A stretch of 64,000 bases of DNA from Candidatus Tepidifontimicrobium thermophilum (lineage in GTDB: Bacteria > Sysuimicrobiota > Sysuimicrobiia > Sysuimicrobiales > Sysuimicrobiaceae): contig JAVKHO010000006.1 of assembly GCA_031459915.1 (NCBI GenBank), positions 58,475 through 122,474 of the forward strand, given 5' to 3'. The position numbers were made by a program, and so were the translations under genes. Below are positions 1-10,086 of the stretch, one piece after another; position 1 is the first letter of the stretch; each line of letters starts with the position of its first letter. The notes below the pieces were generated by a model that did not search any database, was not told the origin of the DNA, and saw only the letters and a list, made by a program, of their open reading frames with translations.

Positions 1-112
1 CCATGCCCGGCAGGAGCCCCACCACGATCCCCGCCAGGATCCCCGCCAGGAGCAACACCAGACGGTCGGGGCTCGCGAAGACCTCAAGCGCCCGGAGGGC
101 CGCCTCAGCCAC
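1..112 (-). CDS. TctA-like tripartite tricarboxylate transporter permease, N-terminal fragment running off the window
   Basis: GTG at 112-110, 7 nt downstream of the TctC-like stop. Translation VAEAALRALEVFASPDRLVLLLAGILAGIVVGLLPGM resembles TctA N-termini (hydrophobic helix ending in LPG). Confidence 0.45.
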   Translation of the reverse strand, partial: MAEAALRALEVFASPDRLVLLLAGILAGIVVGLLPGM

Positions 113-118
113 GGCCGC

Positions 119-1192
119 TCAGATCTCCTGTCCGTACTTCTGCCGGACCAGGTCCCGAATGAACTTCACCACGTCCAGGGTGATCTGCAGGTTCCGGTGA
201 ACCACCGCCTCCACCCGGTCTCCCCGGTGCAGGGCGTACCCCTCCAGCAGCCGCTGGGCCACGTCCCGCTGGAACTCCGGGTCGCGGTTCATGCGGTCCA
301 CCGCCTCGTGCAGCTCCCGCAGGATCTCCGGAGGTGTGCCCCCGGGAGCCCACAACCCTCGGCCGTACACCCAGCCGGCGGCGAACAGGGCGCGGAACGC
401 CTTCCACCGGAGCAGGCCGTCGGGCTTCCGGCGGTAGATCTGCTGGTACACCTCGTACACCGTCGGGAGGTCCCGCAGGGCGGGGTCGCGCACCACCTGC
501 CCGCGCTCGTCCAGGTAGCCGAGGGTCATCAGGGGGACGGCACGGCCTGCAGCTACCAAGGGCTGGACCTGGGTGACGTACACGATGGTGGACTGGAAGT
601 CCAAGGTCAGCTCGCCCCGCTCGAAGGCCAAGCGCGCCGGCCCTACGCCCTCGAACCCAAACACCACCTTCGGGCTCACACCCAGCAGCTCCATGGCCAC
701 GATGGCCGTAAGGACGTTCCCCGGCGGGGAGGGCGATCCCATAACCAGATCCCGGGCCTGCGGCAGATCCGCGGCGCGGCGCACACCCACGCGGGGCGAC
801 GCGTAGAACACCGCGCCGCTGCCGCTCACCGCCACCAGCTTGAAGTTGCGGAAGTCGTAGCGGACCGCTGGGTTCTTGATGATGTATGCGATGGTAGCCC
901 CCACGGGGGCCGCCAGGAGGGTGAGCCCGTCCGGCTTGGCGTTGAGCGCGAACCAGTTACTGCCCAGGATGGTGCCGCCGCCGGGCATGTTGCGCACGCG
1001 GACCGACGGACTCCCGGCGATGTGCCTCTCGAGGTACGGCGCCATGGCCCGCACGAGGATGTCTGACGGGCCGCCAGGGGAGGTGGGCACGATGATCTCC
1101 ACGGACTTGCCCGCGTAGTAGGGAGCCGCCGCCGAAGCCCCCACCCCCAAGAGGGCCACCAAACCCAACGCCACCACCGAGACCTTGCGCAA
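119..1192 (-). CDS. Bug/TctC-family tripartite tricarboxylate transporter substrate-binding protein
   Basis: C-terminal 357 aa of the 586-aa ORF. TTG start at 1192 is preceded by AAGGGGGGG. Signal-like N-terminus RKVSVVALGLVALLGVGASAAA, then family-like sequence (KSVEIIVPTSPGGPSD...). The upstream 229 codons are R/G/P-rich shadow sequence. Confidence 0.8.
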   Translation of the reverse strand: MRKVSVVALGLVALLGVGASAAAPYYAGKSVEIIVPTSPGGPSDILVRAMAPYLERHIAGSPSVRVRNMPGGGTILGSNWFALNAKPDGLTLLAAPVGATIAYIIKNPAVRYDFRNFKLVAVSGSGAVFYASPRVGVRRAADLPQARDLVMGSPSPPGNVLTAIVAMELLGVSPKVVFGFEGVGPARLAFERGELTLDFQSTIVYVTQVQPLVAAGRAVPLMTLGYLDERGQVVRDPALRDLPTVYEVYQQIYRRKPDGLLRWKAFRALFAAGWVYGRGLWAPGGTPPEILRELHEAVDRMNRDPEFQRDVAQRLLEGYALHRGDRVEAVVHRNLQITLDVVKFIRDLVRQKYGQEI

Positions 1193-1350
1193 CGTCCACC
1201 CCCCCTTAGCTTTGGTCTGAGCTCGTCCCCCGCGGGTCGCGGCCGGGTTTGCACCCCGGCCGCTCGCTCCGCGCACTCCTCTAGCGTACAGGTGGCATAC
1301 CACGGTCCTGCAACGCGTCCGTTCCACTATGTTGAACCCGCCACGTGCGG

Positions 1351-2187
1351 TCACCGTCGGACCTCGGGCTCGCGCACGGACCGTGCCACCGCGGCGAACT
1401 CCTCCACGGACAGGGTCTCGCCGCGACGGCGGAGGTCCACTCCCGCAAGCCGCGCAGCCTCCTCCAGACGCTGGGCCGGCACCACCGGAGCCCACGCCCT
1501 GCGCAGCTGCTTGCGTCTCTGCCCGAAAGCCGCCCGCGCGAGCGTGCGGAACAGCTCGTAGTCCACGCCCTCCGGGCGCGGCCGCGGGGTCAACACCACC
1601 ACCGCGGAGGTCACCCGGGGAGGCGGCACGAAGGCGGAAGGCGGGATCCGGAAGGCCAATTCCGTCTCCGCGTGGAACCGCACCAGGACGGTGAGCAGAC
1701 CGTAGTCGGCCGTCCCCGGCCGGGCCACCAGCCGCCGGGCCACCTCCTCCTGTACGGTCACCACCAGGCGTTCCAGGTCCGGCACCTCCTCTAACAGGCG
1801 GACCAAGAGGGGCGAGGCGATCCCGTATGGCAGGTTCGCCACCACCTTCCGGCGCATTCCGGGGGGGAACACTGCGCAAAGATCCAGCTCCAGGGCGTCC
1901 GCACGGAGCACCCGGACGTGGGGATGCACCGTGACCAGGTCCTCCAGCAGCTCCGCCAGCTGCGGGTCAACTTCCACCGCCACCACCGCGCCGGCCTGCT
2001 CCGCAAGCCTCGCGGTGAGCAATCCGGTGCCGGCTCCCACCTCCAGCACCGCGTCCTGGGGGCCGAGGTTCGCGAGCTGCACGATGCGATCCAGGTACAG
2101 GCGGCTGGTGAGGAAGTGCTGTCCAAGAGAACGGCGCGGTCGAATGCCCCGGGTCTTCAGGAGGCGGAACAGCTCGGAGGGCGTCAC
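1351..2187 (-). CDS. rsmA: 16S rRNA (adenine1518/1519-N6)-dimethyltransferase RsmA/KsgA
   Basis: Motifs SLGQHFL and LEVGAGTGLLT, with NLPYGIASPLL downstream. Start set at GTG 2187 because the ATG at 2331 would overlap the upstream gene. The start is uncertain. Confidence 0.85.
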   Translation of the reverse strand: MTPSELFRLLKTRGIRPRRSLGQHFLTSRLYLDRIVQLANLGPQDAVLEVGAGTGLLTARLAEQAGAVVAVEVDPQLAELLEDLVTVHPHVRVLRADALELDLCAVFPPGMRRKVVANLPYGIASPLLVRLLEEVPDLERLVVTVQEEVARRLVARPGTADYGLLTVLVRFHAETELAFRIPPSAFVPPPRVTSAVVVLTPRPRPEGVDYELFRTLARAAFGQRRKQLRRAWAPVVPAQRLEEAARLAGVDLRRRGETLSVEEFAAVARSVREPEVRR

Positions 2188-2243
2188 GAGTGAAGCGTAC
2201 CGCGGTCGGGGGGCCGCAGACTCCCACCGATGCGAAGGAGCCG

Positions 2244-3245
2244 CTACCGATCCTCCGAAGGCGTGCGCAGCAGGTACACCCGGACGACCCGCCGGCCCCA
2301 CCGGTACGCCTCCCGGGGCGTGTCGAAGCACACGTCCACCCGGCGCCCTCGGATCGCGCCACCCGTGTCCGCGGCCACCCCGACCCCGTAGCCCTCCACG
2401 TAGACGACGGAGCCCAGAGGGATGACCCGCGGGTCTACCGCCACCACCCCGCGCCGGGCGCGGAGGCCCGTAGCCGTAACCGCGTCAACCCCCCGACCGT
2501 GGTTGGGGGCGTACGCGGTGGCCAACACCAGCAGAGAAGGACGGCGGGCAAGCTCTCCGCGGGAGGGCACGTAGGCCCTGCCTACCCGGACCACTCGGGG
2601 CCGGCTCTGCTGGACGACCCGGGTGGCTACCTTCTCCTTGTGGACCAGCCTGCCGTCCTCGTACGTGAGCCGGTAGGTGTGCTCCACGACCCCGTTCCGG
2701 CCCTCCACCAGTACCCGCGGGGGCTCCGGCAAGTACGCGGGCACGATCCGCTCAACCGTCCCGTAGGGGACCACCTGCCGGCGCACCACCGTCTCCTGCC
2801 TGACCCGGACCACCCGTACCTCGCGACCCGGCCCCACCTCCTCCCACAGGCCGGGGACCACGCGATCCAAGGGCCCCAGGGTGATCCCGGCACGGGCCAG
2901 GACATCCGCCACGGTCCGACCCACCACCGGCACCTCGCGCGTCACCCCGTCCGAGGTGACCCGCACCGGGATCGCCCGGAACACGGTCACCCGCAGGCCG
3001 TCCCGCACAGGGGTTTCGAGAGAAGGGACCACGAGGTCAAAGGATCCCACGGAGACCCCACGCTCCGCCAGCAGCTCTGCCACCGTGCGGCTGGTGGTCA
3101 AGACGGACTCGGCGCGGCCGTCGTCCACCAGTTCCACCTGGACGGGCTGCGCGGGCTGTGCTCCAGCACCGGTCAGGGTCGCCAGCACGAAGGCGGCGGT
3201 GGCCAGGGAAACGGCCCGGGCCCGCCGCACACGCGCCACCTCCAT
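2244..3245 (-). CDS. YabE-like secreted protein (DUF348 repeats + G5 + C-terminal 3D/RlpA-like domain), cell-wall associated
   Basis: ATG 3245 with GGAGGGAG RBS and signal/anchor AVSLATAAFVLATLTGAGA. Repeated V..G.TV.D.L motifs. C-terminal ATAY...G.TATG....RGVVAVDP..IPLGS.VYVEGYG...A.DTGGAI 3D-domain pattern. It lies next to rsmA, as yabE does in Bacillus. Confidence 0.75.
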   Translation of the reverse strand: MEVARVRRARAVSLATAAFVLATLTGAGAQPAQPVQVELVDDGRAESVLTTSRTVAELLAERGVSVGSFDLVVPSLETPVRDGLRVTVFRAIPVRVTSDGVTREVPVVGRTVADVLARAGITLGPLDRVVPGLWEEVGPGREVRVVRVRQETVVRRQVVPYGTVERIVPAYLPEPPRVLVEGRNGVVEHTYRLTYEDGRLVHKEKVATRVVQQSRPRVVRVGRAYVPSRGELARRPSLLVLATAYAPNHGRGVDAVTATGLRARRGVVAVDPRVIPLGSVVYVEGYGVGVAADTGGAIRGRRVDVCFDTPREAYRWGRRVVRVYLLRTPSEDR

Positions 3246-3429
3246 ACACTCCCTCCTGCGGCCGGGTTTGACGGACGGGGTGAGCGACGAAGGGTGGTGC
3301 GGTCCGTCTATTTACTTCTGGGCACGCCGATAGCTTAGCGGATAAATTCTGGTCAATGCAAGCGCCATAGACCGACGCCTGGGGCACGTTCCCTGTAGCC
3401 ATAGGATCCGGGCCCAATCCTGAGGCGGG

Positions 3430-3840
3430 TTACAGCGTGTCCGTCTGGACCAGCTCGATCAGCACCCCGTGAGTTGTCCTGGGGTGGAGGAAGGCTACTT
3501 GCGAGCCCCGGGCGCCCGACCGCGGCGCGGGAGGCACCACCGCCAGCCCCGCTGCCGCCGCCCGCTCCAGGGATTGCCGGAGGTCTGGTACCCGGAGCGC
3601 CACGTGGTGCACGCCTTCTCCCCTCGCGGCCAGGAACCTGCCCACCACACTGTGCTCCGAGGTGGGTTCCACCAGTTCCAGTGCCACCTCCCCGGCTGAC
3701 AGGAAGGCCACGCGGGCTCCCTCCGACGGGACCTCCTCCACGTGGGCACAGCGGAACCCGAGGGCCTCGAAGACCCGTACGGCTGCCTGCAGATCTCGGA
3801 CCGCCAGCGCCACGTGGTCCAACCGAGCGGCCTCACTCAC
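3430..3840 (-). CDS. mce: methylmalonyl-CoA epimerase (VOC/glyoxalase fold)
   Basis: LDHVALAVRDL...GARVAFL...LELVEP...GEGVHHVALRV pattern. 4-nt overlap with meaB, directly downstream of MeaB and the mutase. Confidence 0.8.
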   Translation of the reverse strand: MSEAARLDHVALAVRDLQAAVRVFEALGFRCAHVEEVPSEGARVAFLSAGEVALELVEPTSEHSVVGRFLAARGEGVHHVALRVPDLRQSLERAAAAGLAVVPPAPRSGARGSQVAFLHPRTTHGVLIELVQTDTL

Positions 3841-4781
3841 CTCAGCACCCCCGCACGCTCAAGCAGCAGCCGGCCGGCCTCCTTCGCGGTGAGACGGCCG
3901 GCCTGCACCTCCCTCACCAGCTCGTCCAGCTCATCGGACGCCTGCTCCACCAACGCCTGCCGCAGGTACGACTCTGCCGCCCTCAGGACCTCCGCCCGTA
4001 CCCGCTGCCGGCGGCGCTCCGGCAGAAGGCCCTGCGCCTGCTGGTAGGCGCGGTGGCGATCCACCGCCGCCAGCAGGTCGTCCACACCCTGCCCGGTGGT
4101 GGCCACCGTGGGCACCACGGGCGGCTCCCAGCCCCCGCCGGGGACCAAGCGCAGCATCGCCCGCAGTTCCGCCACCGTGCGCTCCGCCTCCAGGTGGTCC
4201 GCTTTGTTCACCGCGAACACGTCCGCGATCTCCAGAATGCCGGCTTTCAGGGTCTGGACCGTGTCGCCCAACCCGGGGACGGTCACCACCACCACCGTGT
4301 CCGCGGCCCTCACTACGTCCACCTCCACCTGCCCGGCCCCCACGGTCTCCAGCAACACCACCCTGCAGCCCATGGCATCTAGGATGCGCACCACGTCGCC
4401 CGCGGCTTCGCTCAACCCGCCCAGGGAGCCTCGGGTGGCCAGGGACCGAATGAAAACCCCCGGGTCCGAGCTGTGGTCCACCAGCCGGATGCGGTCACCC
4501 AGAAGGGCTCCACCGGAAAACGGGCTCGTGGGATCCACGGCCACCACGCCCACCCGCTCCCCGCGCCGCCGCAGCAGCCGCGTCAGGGCGTCCGCCAGGG
4601 TCGACTTGCCGGCTCCCGGCGGACCGGTGAGCCCGACCACGTACGCGTTGCCTGTGTGGGGTCCCAGGTGGCGCAGCAACTCGGCACCCGCTGGGTGTCC
4701 GTCCTCCACCAGAGAGATGGCCCGCGCCGCGGCCACGTGATCCCCTTCCAGGACCCGCCGGGCCAGGGCTCGGACGTCCAC
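3837..4781 (-). CDS. meaB: methylmalonyl-CoA mutase-associated G-protein chaperone MeaB/ArgK
   Basis: P-loop GLTGPPGAGKSTL, followed by VDPTSPFSGGALLGDRIR, ETVGAGQ and NKAD motifs. Confidence 0.88.
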   Translation of the reverse strand: MDVRALARRVLEGDHVAAARAISLVEDGHPAGAELLRHLGPHTGNAYVVGLTGPPGAGKSTLADALTRLLRRRGERVGVVAVDPTSPFSGGALLGDRIRLVDHSSDPGVFIRSLATRGSLGGLSEAAGDVVRILDAMGCRVVLLETVGAGQVEVDVVRAADTVVVVTVPGLGDTVQTLKAGILEIADVFAVNKADHLEAERTVAELRAMLRLVPGGGWEPPVVPTVATTGQGVDDLLAAVDRHRAYQQAQGLLPERRRQRVRAEVLRAAESYLRQALVEQASDELDELVREVQAGRLTAKEAGRLLLERAGVLR

Positions 4782-4790
4782 GCCCCCTCC

Positions 4791-6449
4791 TCAGACGGCC
4801 ACCGTGGGTCGGTGGACGCCGAAGACCTCCCGCAGGACGTCACACACCTCACCCACGGTGGCGTAGGCGCGGACGCAGCGGTACAGGTAGGGCATCAAGT
4901 TCTCCATGCCGGCGGCAGCCTTGCGCAGTTCCCGCAGGCTGTCCAGCACCTCGCGGCGCTCCCGGCGGGCCCGCACCTCCGCCAGGCGGCTCTTCTGCCT
5001 GGCCGCCACCTGGGGATCTACCCTCAGCAACGGGATCGCCGGCGCTTCCGCGGATGCGAACCGGTTCACCCCCACGACGATCTGCTCGCCTGTTTCCACC
5101 CGCTGCTGCTCCCGGTAGGCCGCCTCCGCGATCTCCCGCTGGACCCAGCCGGCTTCGATAGCCGCCAGCATTCCGCCCAGGGCGTCCAAGCGGTCCAGGT
5201 AGTCCCGGACCCCCCGCTCCATCCGGTCCGTCAGCCACTCCACGTAGTACGAGCCCCCGAGGGGGTCTACCACGTCCGCCACCCCGGTCTCGAAGGCCAG
5301 TACCTGCTGGGTCCGCAGGGCCAGCCGCGCCGCCTGCTCCGTAGGCAGCGCCAGGGCCTCGTCCTTCGCGTTGGTGTGCAGCGACTGGGCGCCCCCCAGC
5401 ACTGCAGCCAGGGCCTGCACGGTGACCCGGACCACGTTGTTCTCCGGCTCCCGCGCCTGCAGGGCCACCCCTGCGGTCTGGGCGTGGAACCGCAGCGCCC
5501 ACGACCGGGGGTCCTTCGCCCCGAACCGCTCCCGCATGATACGGGCCCAAAGGCGGCGGGCGGCGCGGAACTTGGCCACTTCCTCGAACAGGTTCAGGTG
5601 GGCGTTGAAGAAGAAGGACAGCTGGGGAGCGAACTGGTCCACCGACAGACCCCGGTGCAGGAGCTTCTCCACGTAGGTGATCGCGTTCCCGAATGTAAAG
5701 GCCACTTCCTGTACGGCGGTGGCGCCCGCCTCCCGGATGTGGTATCCGGAGATGGAAATGGGGTTCCACCGGGGCAGGTGGTGGACGCAGTGCTCCACCA
5801 CGTCCGCCACTAGCCGCAGGGAGGGTTCGGGCGGGAAAATGTAGGTGCCGCGGGCCACGTACTCCTTCAGGATGTCGTTCTGGGTGGTGCCGTCCAGCCG
5901 GTCCCACGGCACCCCCTGGCGGTCCGCCACCGCCTGCAGCATGGCCAGCAGCACGGGTGCCGTGGCGTTGATGGTCATGGACACGGAGACCCGGTCCAAA
6001 GGGATCCCGTCGAACAGCACCTCCAGATCCGCCAGGGAGTCCACCGCCACCCCGACCCTTCCCACCTCTGCCTCTGCGGCCGGGTGGTCCGAGTCGTACC
6101 CCATCTGGGTGGGCAGGTCGAAGGCCACACTGAGTCCCGTCTGACCCTGCTCCAGGAGGAACCGGAACCGCCGGTTGGACTCCTCCGCGGTGCCGTAGCC
6201 CGCGTACTGCCGCATGGTCCACAGCCTGCCCCGGTACATGGTGGGGTACACCCCGCGGGTGTACGGGTACTCACCAGGGAAGCCCAGGTCCGTCAGGTAG
6301 TCCAGCCCCGCGGTGTGCTCGGGAGTATACACCCGATGGAGGGGGATCCCGTCCGGCGTCTCGAACCGCGTCCGTCGCTCGGAGCCCACGCGCTCCCGCT
6401 CCCAACGCTCCCTGGCCTGCCGGATCCGCTCCAGCTCCTCCGGGCTCAT
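4791..6449 (-). CDS. methylmalonyl-CoA mutase, catalytic (N-terminal/TIM barrel) subunit without fused B12-binding domain
   Basis: [29 protein letters not shown] and [13 protein letters not shown] motifs. ATG 6449 is preceded by AGGAGG; the GTG at 6464 is less likely. About 550 aa, which is the split-type length. Confidence 0.88.
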   Translation of the reverse strand: MSPEELERIRQARERWERERVGSERRTRFETPDGIPLHRVYTPEHTAGLDYLTDLGFPGEYPYTRGVYPTMYRGRLWTMRQYAGYGTAEESNRRFRFLLEQGQTGLSVAFDLPTQMGYDSDHPAAEAEVGRVGVAVDSLADLEVLFDGIPLDRVSVSMTINATAPVLLAMLQAVADRQGVPWDRLDGTTQNDILKEYVARGTYIFPPEPSLRLVADVVEHCVHHLPRWNPISISGYHIREAGATAVQEVAFTFGNAITYVEKLLHRGLSVDQFAPQLSFFFNAHLNLFEEVAKFRAARRLWARIMRERFGAKDPRSWALRFHAQTAGVALQAREPENNVVRVTVQALAAVLGGAQSLHTNAKDEALALPTEQAARLALRTQQVLAFETGVADVVDPLGGSYYVEWLTDRMERGVRDYLDRLDALGGMLAAIEAGWVQREIAEAAYREQQRVETGEQIVVGVNRFASAEAPAIPLLRVDPQVAARQKSRLAEVRARRERREVLDSLRELRKAAAGMENLMPYLYRCVRAYATVGEVCDVLREVFGVHRPTVAV

Positions 6450-6500
6450 CACCACCTCCTGCACCCGCCTCTCCAGGATACCCGCGGGCGTTTGTGCGGC

Positions 6501-7028
6501 TCAAAACTCTGGAGCCGAGGGGGGACGGCGCACCGGCACATCCACCAGCAGCCCTTCCCCACCCACCGACTCCCGCGCCTGGCCCTCGATCTCGATGCGC
6601 ACCTCCTCCACCCCGCGGAAGTGGGTGGCCGTGTAGACCACCTGGTAGAGGCGGGCCAGCATGCTGGCGCTGCCGCCGCCCGTCTCGAACTCCCGCGAGA
6701 GGTTCACGTACGCGGTCCTCCCGTACACCCGGACGCCCAACAGACGCGTCCCGGGAGGGATCTCTGTCGTGTATCCCAGGGCCCGCTCCTCCTCGTTGGG
6801 GCCTACCAGAAGGTGCCTCACGGCCCCTGCCACCCAGTCCGCCCGGGTGCGTCCCCGGACCCACCTCAGGCCCGGGACCAGGTGGCCGGCGTTCCGTGTC
6901 GGGTCCCACCGCACGAAGTAAACCAGGGCGGGCTCCGTCCGGGGGCGGAAGGCCCACAGGGCCCAGGCCAGCACGGCCACACACGCCCCCAGAGTCACCA
7001 GAACCCACACCGTGCGCCGACTCCTCAT
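6501..7028 (-). CDS. GerMN-domain (germination/sporulation GerM-like) membrane-anchored protein
   Basis: ATG 7028 with GAAGGGAG RBS and TM anchor [20 protein letters not shown]. GerMN-like ...[15 protein letters not shown]...G.TAYVNLS.EF...GGSA....L.QVVYT... Confidence 0.6.
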   Translation of the reverse strand: MRSRRTVWVLVTLGACVAVLAWALWAFRPRTEPALVYFVRWDPTRNAGHLVPGLRWVRGRTRADWVAGAVRHLLVGPNEEERALGYTTEIPPGTRLLGVRVYGRTAYVNLSREFETGGGSASMLARLYQVVYTATHFRGVEEVRIEIEGQARESVGGEGLLVDVPVRRPPSAPEF

Positions 7029-7231
7029 CGCCAGACTCCCTTCGCGATCATGGGCGGGCGCGCCTGCTGTGCGAACACGTGAACGAAAGGAGAACGGAAG
7101 CCCGCCGGAGAACTGCATCGAACACCGCACGGATTGTCGGTCCGGTTCGTCGGCGCGGCGAGGGGGTGGGAAATGCCAACGTCTCCGGAATTTCGGGTCC
7201 GCCGATTCTTCCAGGAGGGGAGGTGACCGGC

Positions 7232-7723
7232 GTGAGGGTCAGCATGACGGTGAACGGGGTTGAGTACACGCGGGACGTAGAACCCCGGACGCTCCTGGTG
7301 TACTTCCTGCGCGAGCACCTCGGACTTACGGGGACTCATGTGGGCTGCGACACCTCGACCTGCGGGGCCTGTACCGTGCTGATGGATGGGAAGGCGGTCA
7401 AGTCGTGCACGGTCCTGGCCGTGCAGGCAGAGGGCGCGCGGATCACCACGGTAGAAGGGCTGGCCAGGGACGGGGAACTGCACCCTATCCAGCAGGCCTT
7501 CTGGGACGAGCACGGGCTGCAGTGCGGCTTCTGCACCCCGGGGATGATGCTGGCCGCGGTGGATCTGCTCCAGCGGAACCCGAACCCCACCGAAGACGAA
7601 ATCCGTCACGCTCTGGAGGGCAACCTCTGCCGGTGCACGGGCTACCAGCACATCGTGAACGCCGTGAAGGCGGCCTCGCGCATCATGGGTGCCGCGGTGG
7701 GCGCTCCCGCGGGAGGTGAGTAG
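7232..7723 (+). CDS. coxS: (2Fe-2S)-binding small subunit of a CoxSLM / xanthine dehydrogenase-family molybdo-hydroxylase
   Basis: RBS AGGAGGGGAGG followed by GTG 7232 (ATG 7244 is the alternative). Cys motifs [19 protein letters not shown] and CRCTGY. Confidence 0.85.
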   Translation: MRVSMTVNGVEYTRDVEPRTLLVYFLREHLGLTGTHVGCDTSTCGACTVLMDGKAVKSCTVLAVQAEGARITTVEGLARDGELHPIQQAFWDEHGLQCGFCTPGMMLAAVDLLQRNPNPTEDEIRHALEGNLCRCTGYQHIVNAVKAASRIMGAAVGAPAGGE

Positions 7724-7725
7724 CC

Positions 7726-10086
7726 ATGGCGGTCACCCAGGTGTTCGGAGCGAGAGTGCGGCGGCGGGAGGACCCGCGGCTGATCCGCGGCACCGCCACC
7801 TACACGGACGATGTGACCCTGCCGGGTCTGTGCTACGCCGCCTTCGTCCGCAGCCCTCACGCCCACGCCCGGATCCGGCGGGTGGACACCTCCCGGGCCC
7901 GGTCGGCCCCGGGTGTCCTCGGCGTGTTCACCATCCAGGACCTGGAGGGGAAGGTCAACCCTATCCCCTGCGGGTGGCAGGTGCCCAACTGTGACCTGAA
8001 GACCCCCCCTCACCCGCCCCTGGCCAGGGACAAGGTTCGGTTCGTCGGCGACGCGGTGGCGGTGGTGGTAGCCGAGAGCCGCGCCCAGGCTTACGACGCC
8101 GCCGCGCTGGTGGACGTGGAGTACGAGGTCCTGCCCGCGGTGGTGGACATGGAAGCAGCGTTGCAGTCGACGACCCTAGTGCACGAGGACGTGCCGCACA
8201 ACCGGGTGCTGCTGTGGTCGGTGAAGGGCGGCGACTTCGGGGCCGCCGCGCGGGAGCCTGGGGTGCGGGTGGTCCGCCAGCGTCTGGTGAACCAGCGTCT
8301 GATCCCCAACGCCATGGAAACCCGCGCCGTCACCGCGCAGTACAACCCCGGCACCGGGGAGCTGACCCTGTGGGTGACCAGCCAGAACCCCCACATCGCC
8401 CGGGTGATCCTGTCCGGCGTGCTCAGCTTCCCGGAGCACAAGCTTCGGGTGATCGCGCCCGAGGTGGGCGGCGGGTTCGGCAGCAAGATCCCCGTGTACC
8501 CGGAGGAGGCCGTGGTGGCCCACCTGGCCACGCGCCTGGCCCGGCCGGTAAAGTGGGCGGAGACCCGCCGGGAGAACTACCTGGCCACCATCCACGGGCG
8601 GGACCACATCACCGACGCGGAGATGGCAGTGCGTCCCGATGGCACGGTGGTGGGGCTGCGGGTCCGGACCCTGGCCAACTTCGGCGCCTACCTGTCCACC
8701 GCGGCGCCCGCCATCCCCACCATCCTGTACGGGCTCGTGCTGTCCGGCCCGTACCGCATCCCCAACATCGAGTGCGAGGTCACGGGAGTCTTCACCAACA
8801 CCACCCCGACGGACGCGTACCGGGGTGCGGGGCGGCCGGAGGCCACCTACGTGCTGGAGCGCATGATGGACCTGGCGGCGCGCGAGCTGGGCTTGGACCC
8901 GGCGGAGATCCGCCGGAGGAACCTGATCCCCAAGGACCAGTTCCCGTACACGGTGGCCACCGGGATCACGTACGACAGCGGGGACTACGCCCGGGCGCTG
9001 GATCGGGCCTTGGAGATCCTCGACTACCCCAAGGTCCGGGCGGAACAGGCGGCCGCGCGACAGCAGGGCCGCTACCTTGGCGTCGGGCTGTCCACGTACG
9101 TGGAGATCTGCGGAGCCGGGCCCTCCAAGGTGGTGGGCTCCACGGGCTTCGCGGGAGGCCTGTGGGAGAGCGCCGTGGTCCGCTTCTCGCCCACGGGCAA
9201 GGTCACGGTGTTCACGGGCACCAGCCCGCACGGTCAGGGCGAGGAGACCACCTTCGCGCAGATCGTTTCTCACGAGCTGGGCGTCCCCCTGGACGACGTG
9301 GAGGTGTTGCACGGGGACACAGACAGCATCCTCATGGGCTGGGGCACTTACGGCAGCCGGACCACGCCGGTGGGAGGGACCGCGGTGTACCTGGCGGCCC
9401 AGAAGGTGAAGGAGAAGGCCAAGCGGATCGCCGCCCACCAGCTGGAGGTCAGCGCGGACGACCTGGTGTTCGAGAACGGCCGCTTCCACGTGCGGGGTGC
9501 CCCGGACCGGGGGATGACCATCCAGGAGGTGGCCCTGCAGGCGTACCTCGCGTGGAACCTCCCGGAGGGGATGGAGCCCGGGCTGGAGGGGCAGGCTAAC
9601 TGGGACCCCTCCAACTTCGTGTTCCCCTTCGGCACTCACGCGTGCGTGGTGGAGGTGGACCCTGAAACAGGCCAGGTGAGGATCCTCCGCTACGTGGCGG
9701 TGGACGACTGCGGCAGGGTCATCAACCCCCTCATCGTGGACGGCCAGGTGCACGGGGGCATCGCCCAGGGCGTGGCCCAGGCCCTGTGGGAAGGCGCCCG
9801 GTACGACCCGGCGGGTAACCTCCTCACGGGGAGCATGGCGGAGTACGCGGTGCCAAAGGCTAGCTGGCTCCCGCGCCTCGAGTGCGACCGCACCGAGACC
9901 CCCACCCCGGTGAACCCCCTCGGCGTGAAGGGCGTGGGAGAGACCGGCACCATCGCAGCCACCCCGTGCGTGGTCAACGCGGTGATGGACGCGCTCAGCC
10001 CGTTGGGAATCCGCCACCTGGACATGCCGCTGTGGCCGGAGCGGGTGTGGCGGGCCATCCGGCAGGCGAAAGGAGGTGCTGCATGA
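7726..10086 (+). CDS. coxL: molybdopterin-binding large subunit (CoxL-like, form II signature AYRGAGR)
   Basis: 786 aa of the aldehyde oxidase/xanthine dehydrogenase a/b-hammerhead + MoCo-binding family. Active-site loop TPTDAYRGAGRPEA at 8815-8835. Confidence 0.85.
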   Translation: MAVTQVFGARVRRREDPRLIRGTATYTDDVTLPGLCYAAFVRSPHAHARIRRVDTSRARSAPGVLGVFTIQDLEGKVNPIPCGWQVPNCDLKTPPHPPLARDKVRFVGDAVAVVVAESRAQAYDAAALVDVEYEVLPAVVDMEAALQSTTLVHEDVPHNRVLLWSVKGGDFGAAAREPGVRVVRQRLVNQRLIPNAMETRAVTAQYNPGTGELTLWVTSQNPHIARVILSGVLSFPEHKLRVIAPEVGGGFGSKIPVYPEEAVVAHLATRLARPVKWAETRRENYLATIHGRDHITDAEMAVRPDGTVVGLRVRTLANFGAYLSTAAPAIPTILYGLVLSGPYRIPNIECEVTGVFTNTTPTDAYRGAGRPEATYVLERMMDLAARELGLDPAEIRRRNLIPKDQFPYTVATGITYDSGDYARALDRALEILDYPKVRAEQAAARQQGRYLGVGLSTYVEICGAGPSKVVGSTGFAGGLWESAVVRFSPTGKVTVFTGTSPHGQGEETTFAQIVSHELGVPLDDVEVLHGDTDSILMGWGTYGSRTTPVGGTAVYLAAQKVKEKAKRIAAHQLEVSADDLVFENGRFHVRGAPDRGMTIQEVALQAYLAWNLPEGMEPGLEGQANWDPSNFVFPFGTHACVVEVDPETGQVRILRYVAVDDCGRVINPLIVDGQVHGGIAQGVAQALWEGARYDPAGNLLTGSMAEYAVPKASWLPRLECDRTETPTPVNPLGVKGVGETGTIAATPCVVNAVMDALSPLGIRHLDMPLWPERVWRAIRQAKGGAA

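Noticed and set aside
1193-1879. 5' extensions of real genes in the ORF track. Examples: TctC 1193-1879, coxS 6494-7231, cupin 19029-19868, NEW3 protein 23338-23949, nuoM 28982-29281, nuoC 39228-39791, DUF3179 63533-63943, rsmI 53790-54119.
   Set aside because: The extensions overlap the upstream gene, are R/G/P-rich, and bypass an internal start that has a strong GGAGG RBS or stop/start coupling and a homologue-like N-terminus.
3246-3429. A relatively AT-rich 184-nt leader upstream of the YabE-like cell-wall gene. I checked it for a c-di-AMP (ydaO/yuaA) riboswitch, which often precedes such genes.
   Set aside because: I could not find the conserved ydaO cores (ACGGGGA / GGGGUGAAUC / CCGAAUCC..CAGCUAAC..CGUAAGCG). 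Only a weak TTGCAT-N18-TAAGCT promoter-like string and a 7-bp hairpin (GACGGAC/GTCCGTC) are present. A cmsearch with RF00379 would settle it.
8176-10017. 613-aa ORF antisense to coxL. The same applies to 42861-44957 (antisense to the GGDEF/EAL gene), 54210-55823, 53999-55243 and 4473-5813.
   Set aside because: All lie opposite or out of frame to genes with clear family motifs. They show the H/R/G/P-rich composition expected from reading GC3-rich genes in the wrong frame.
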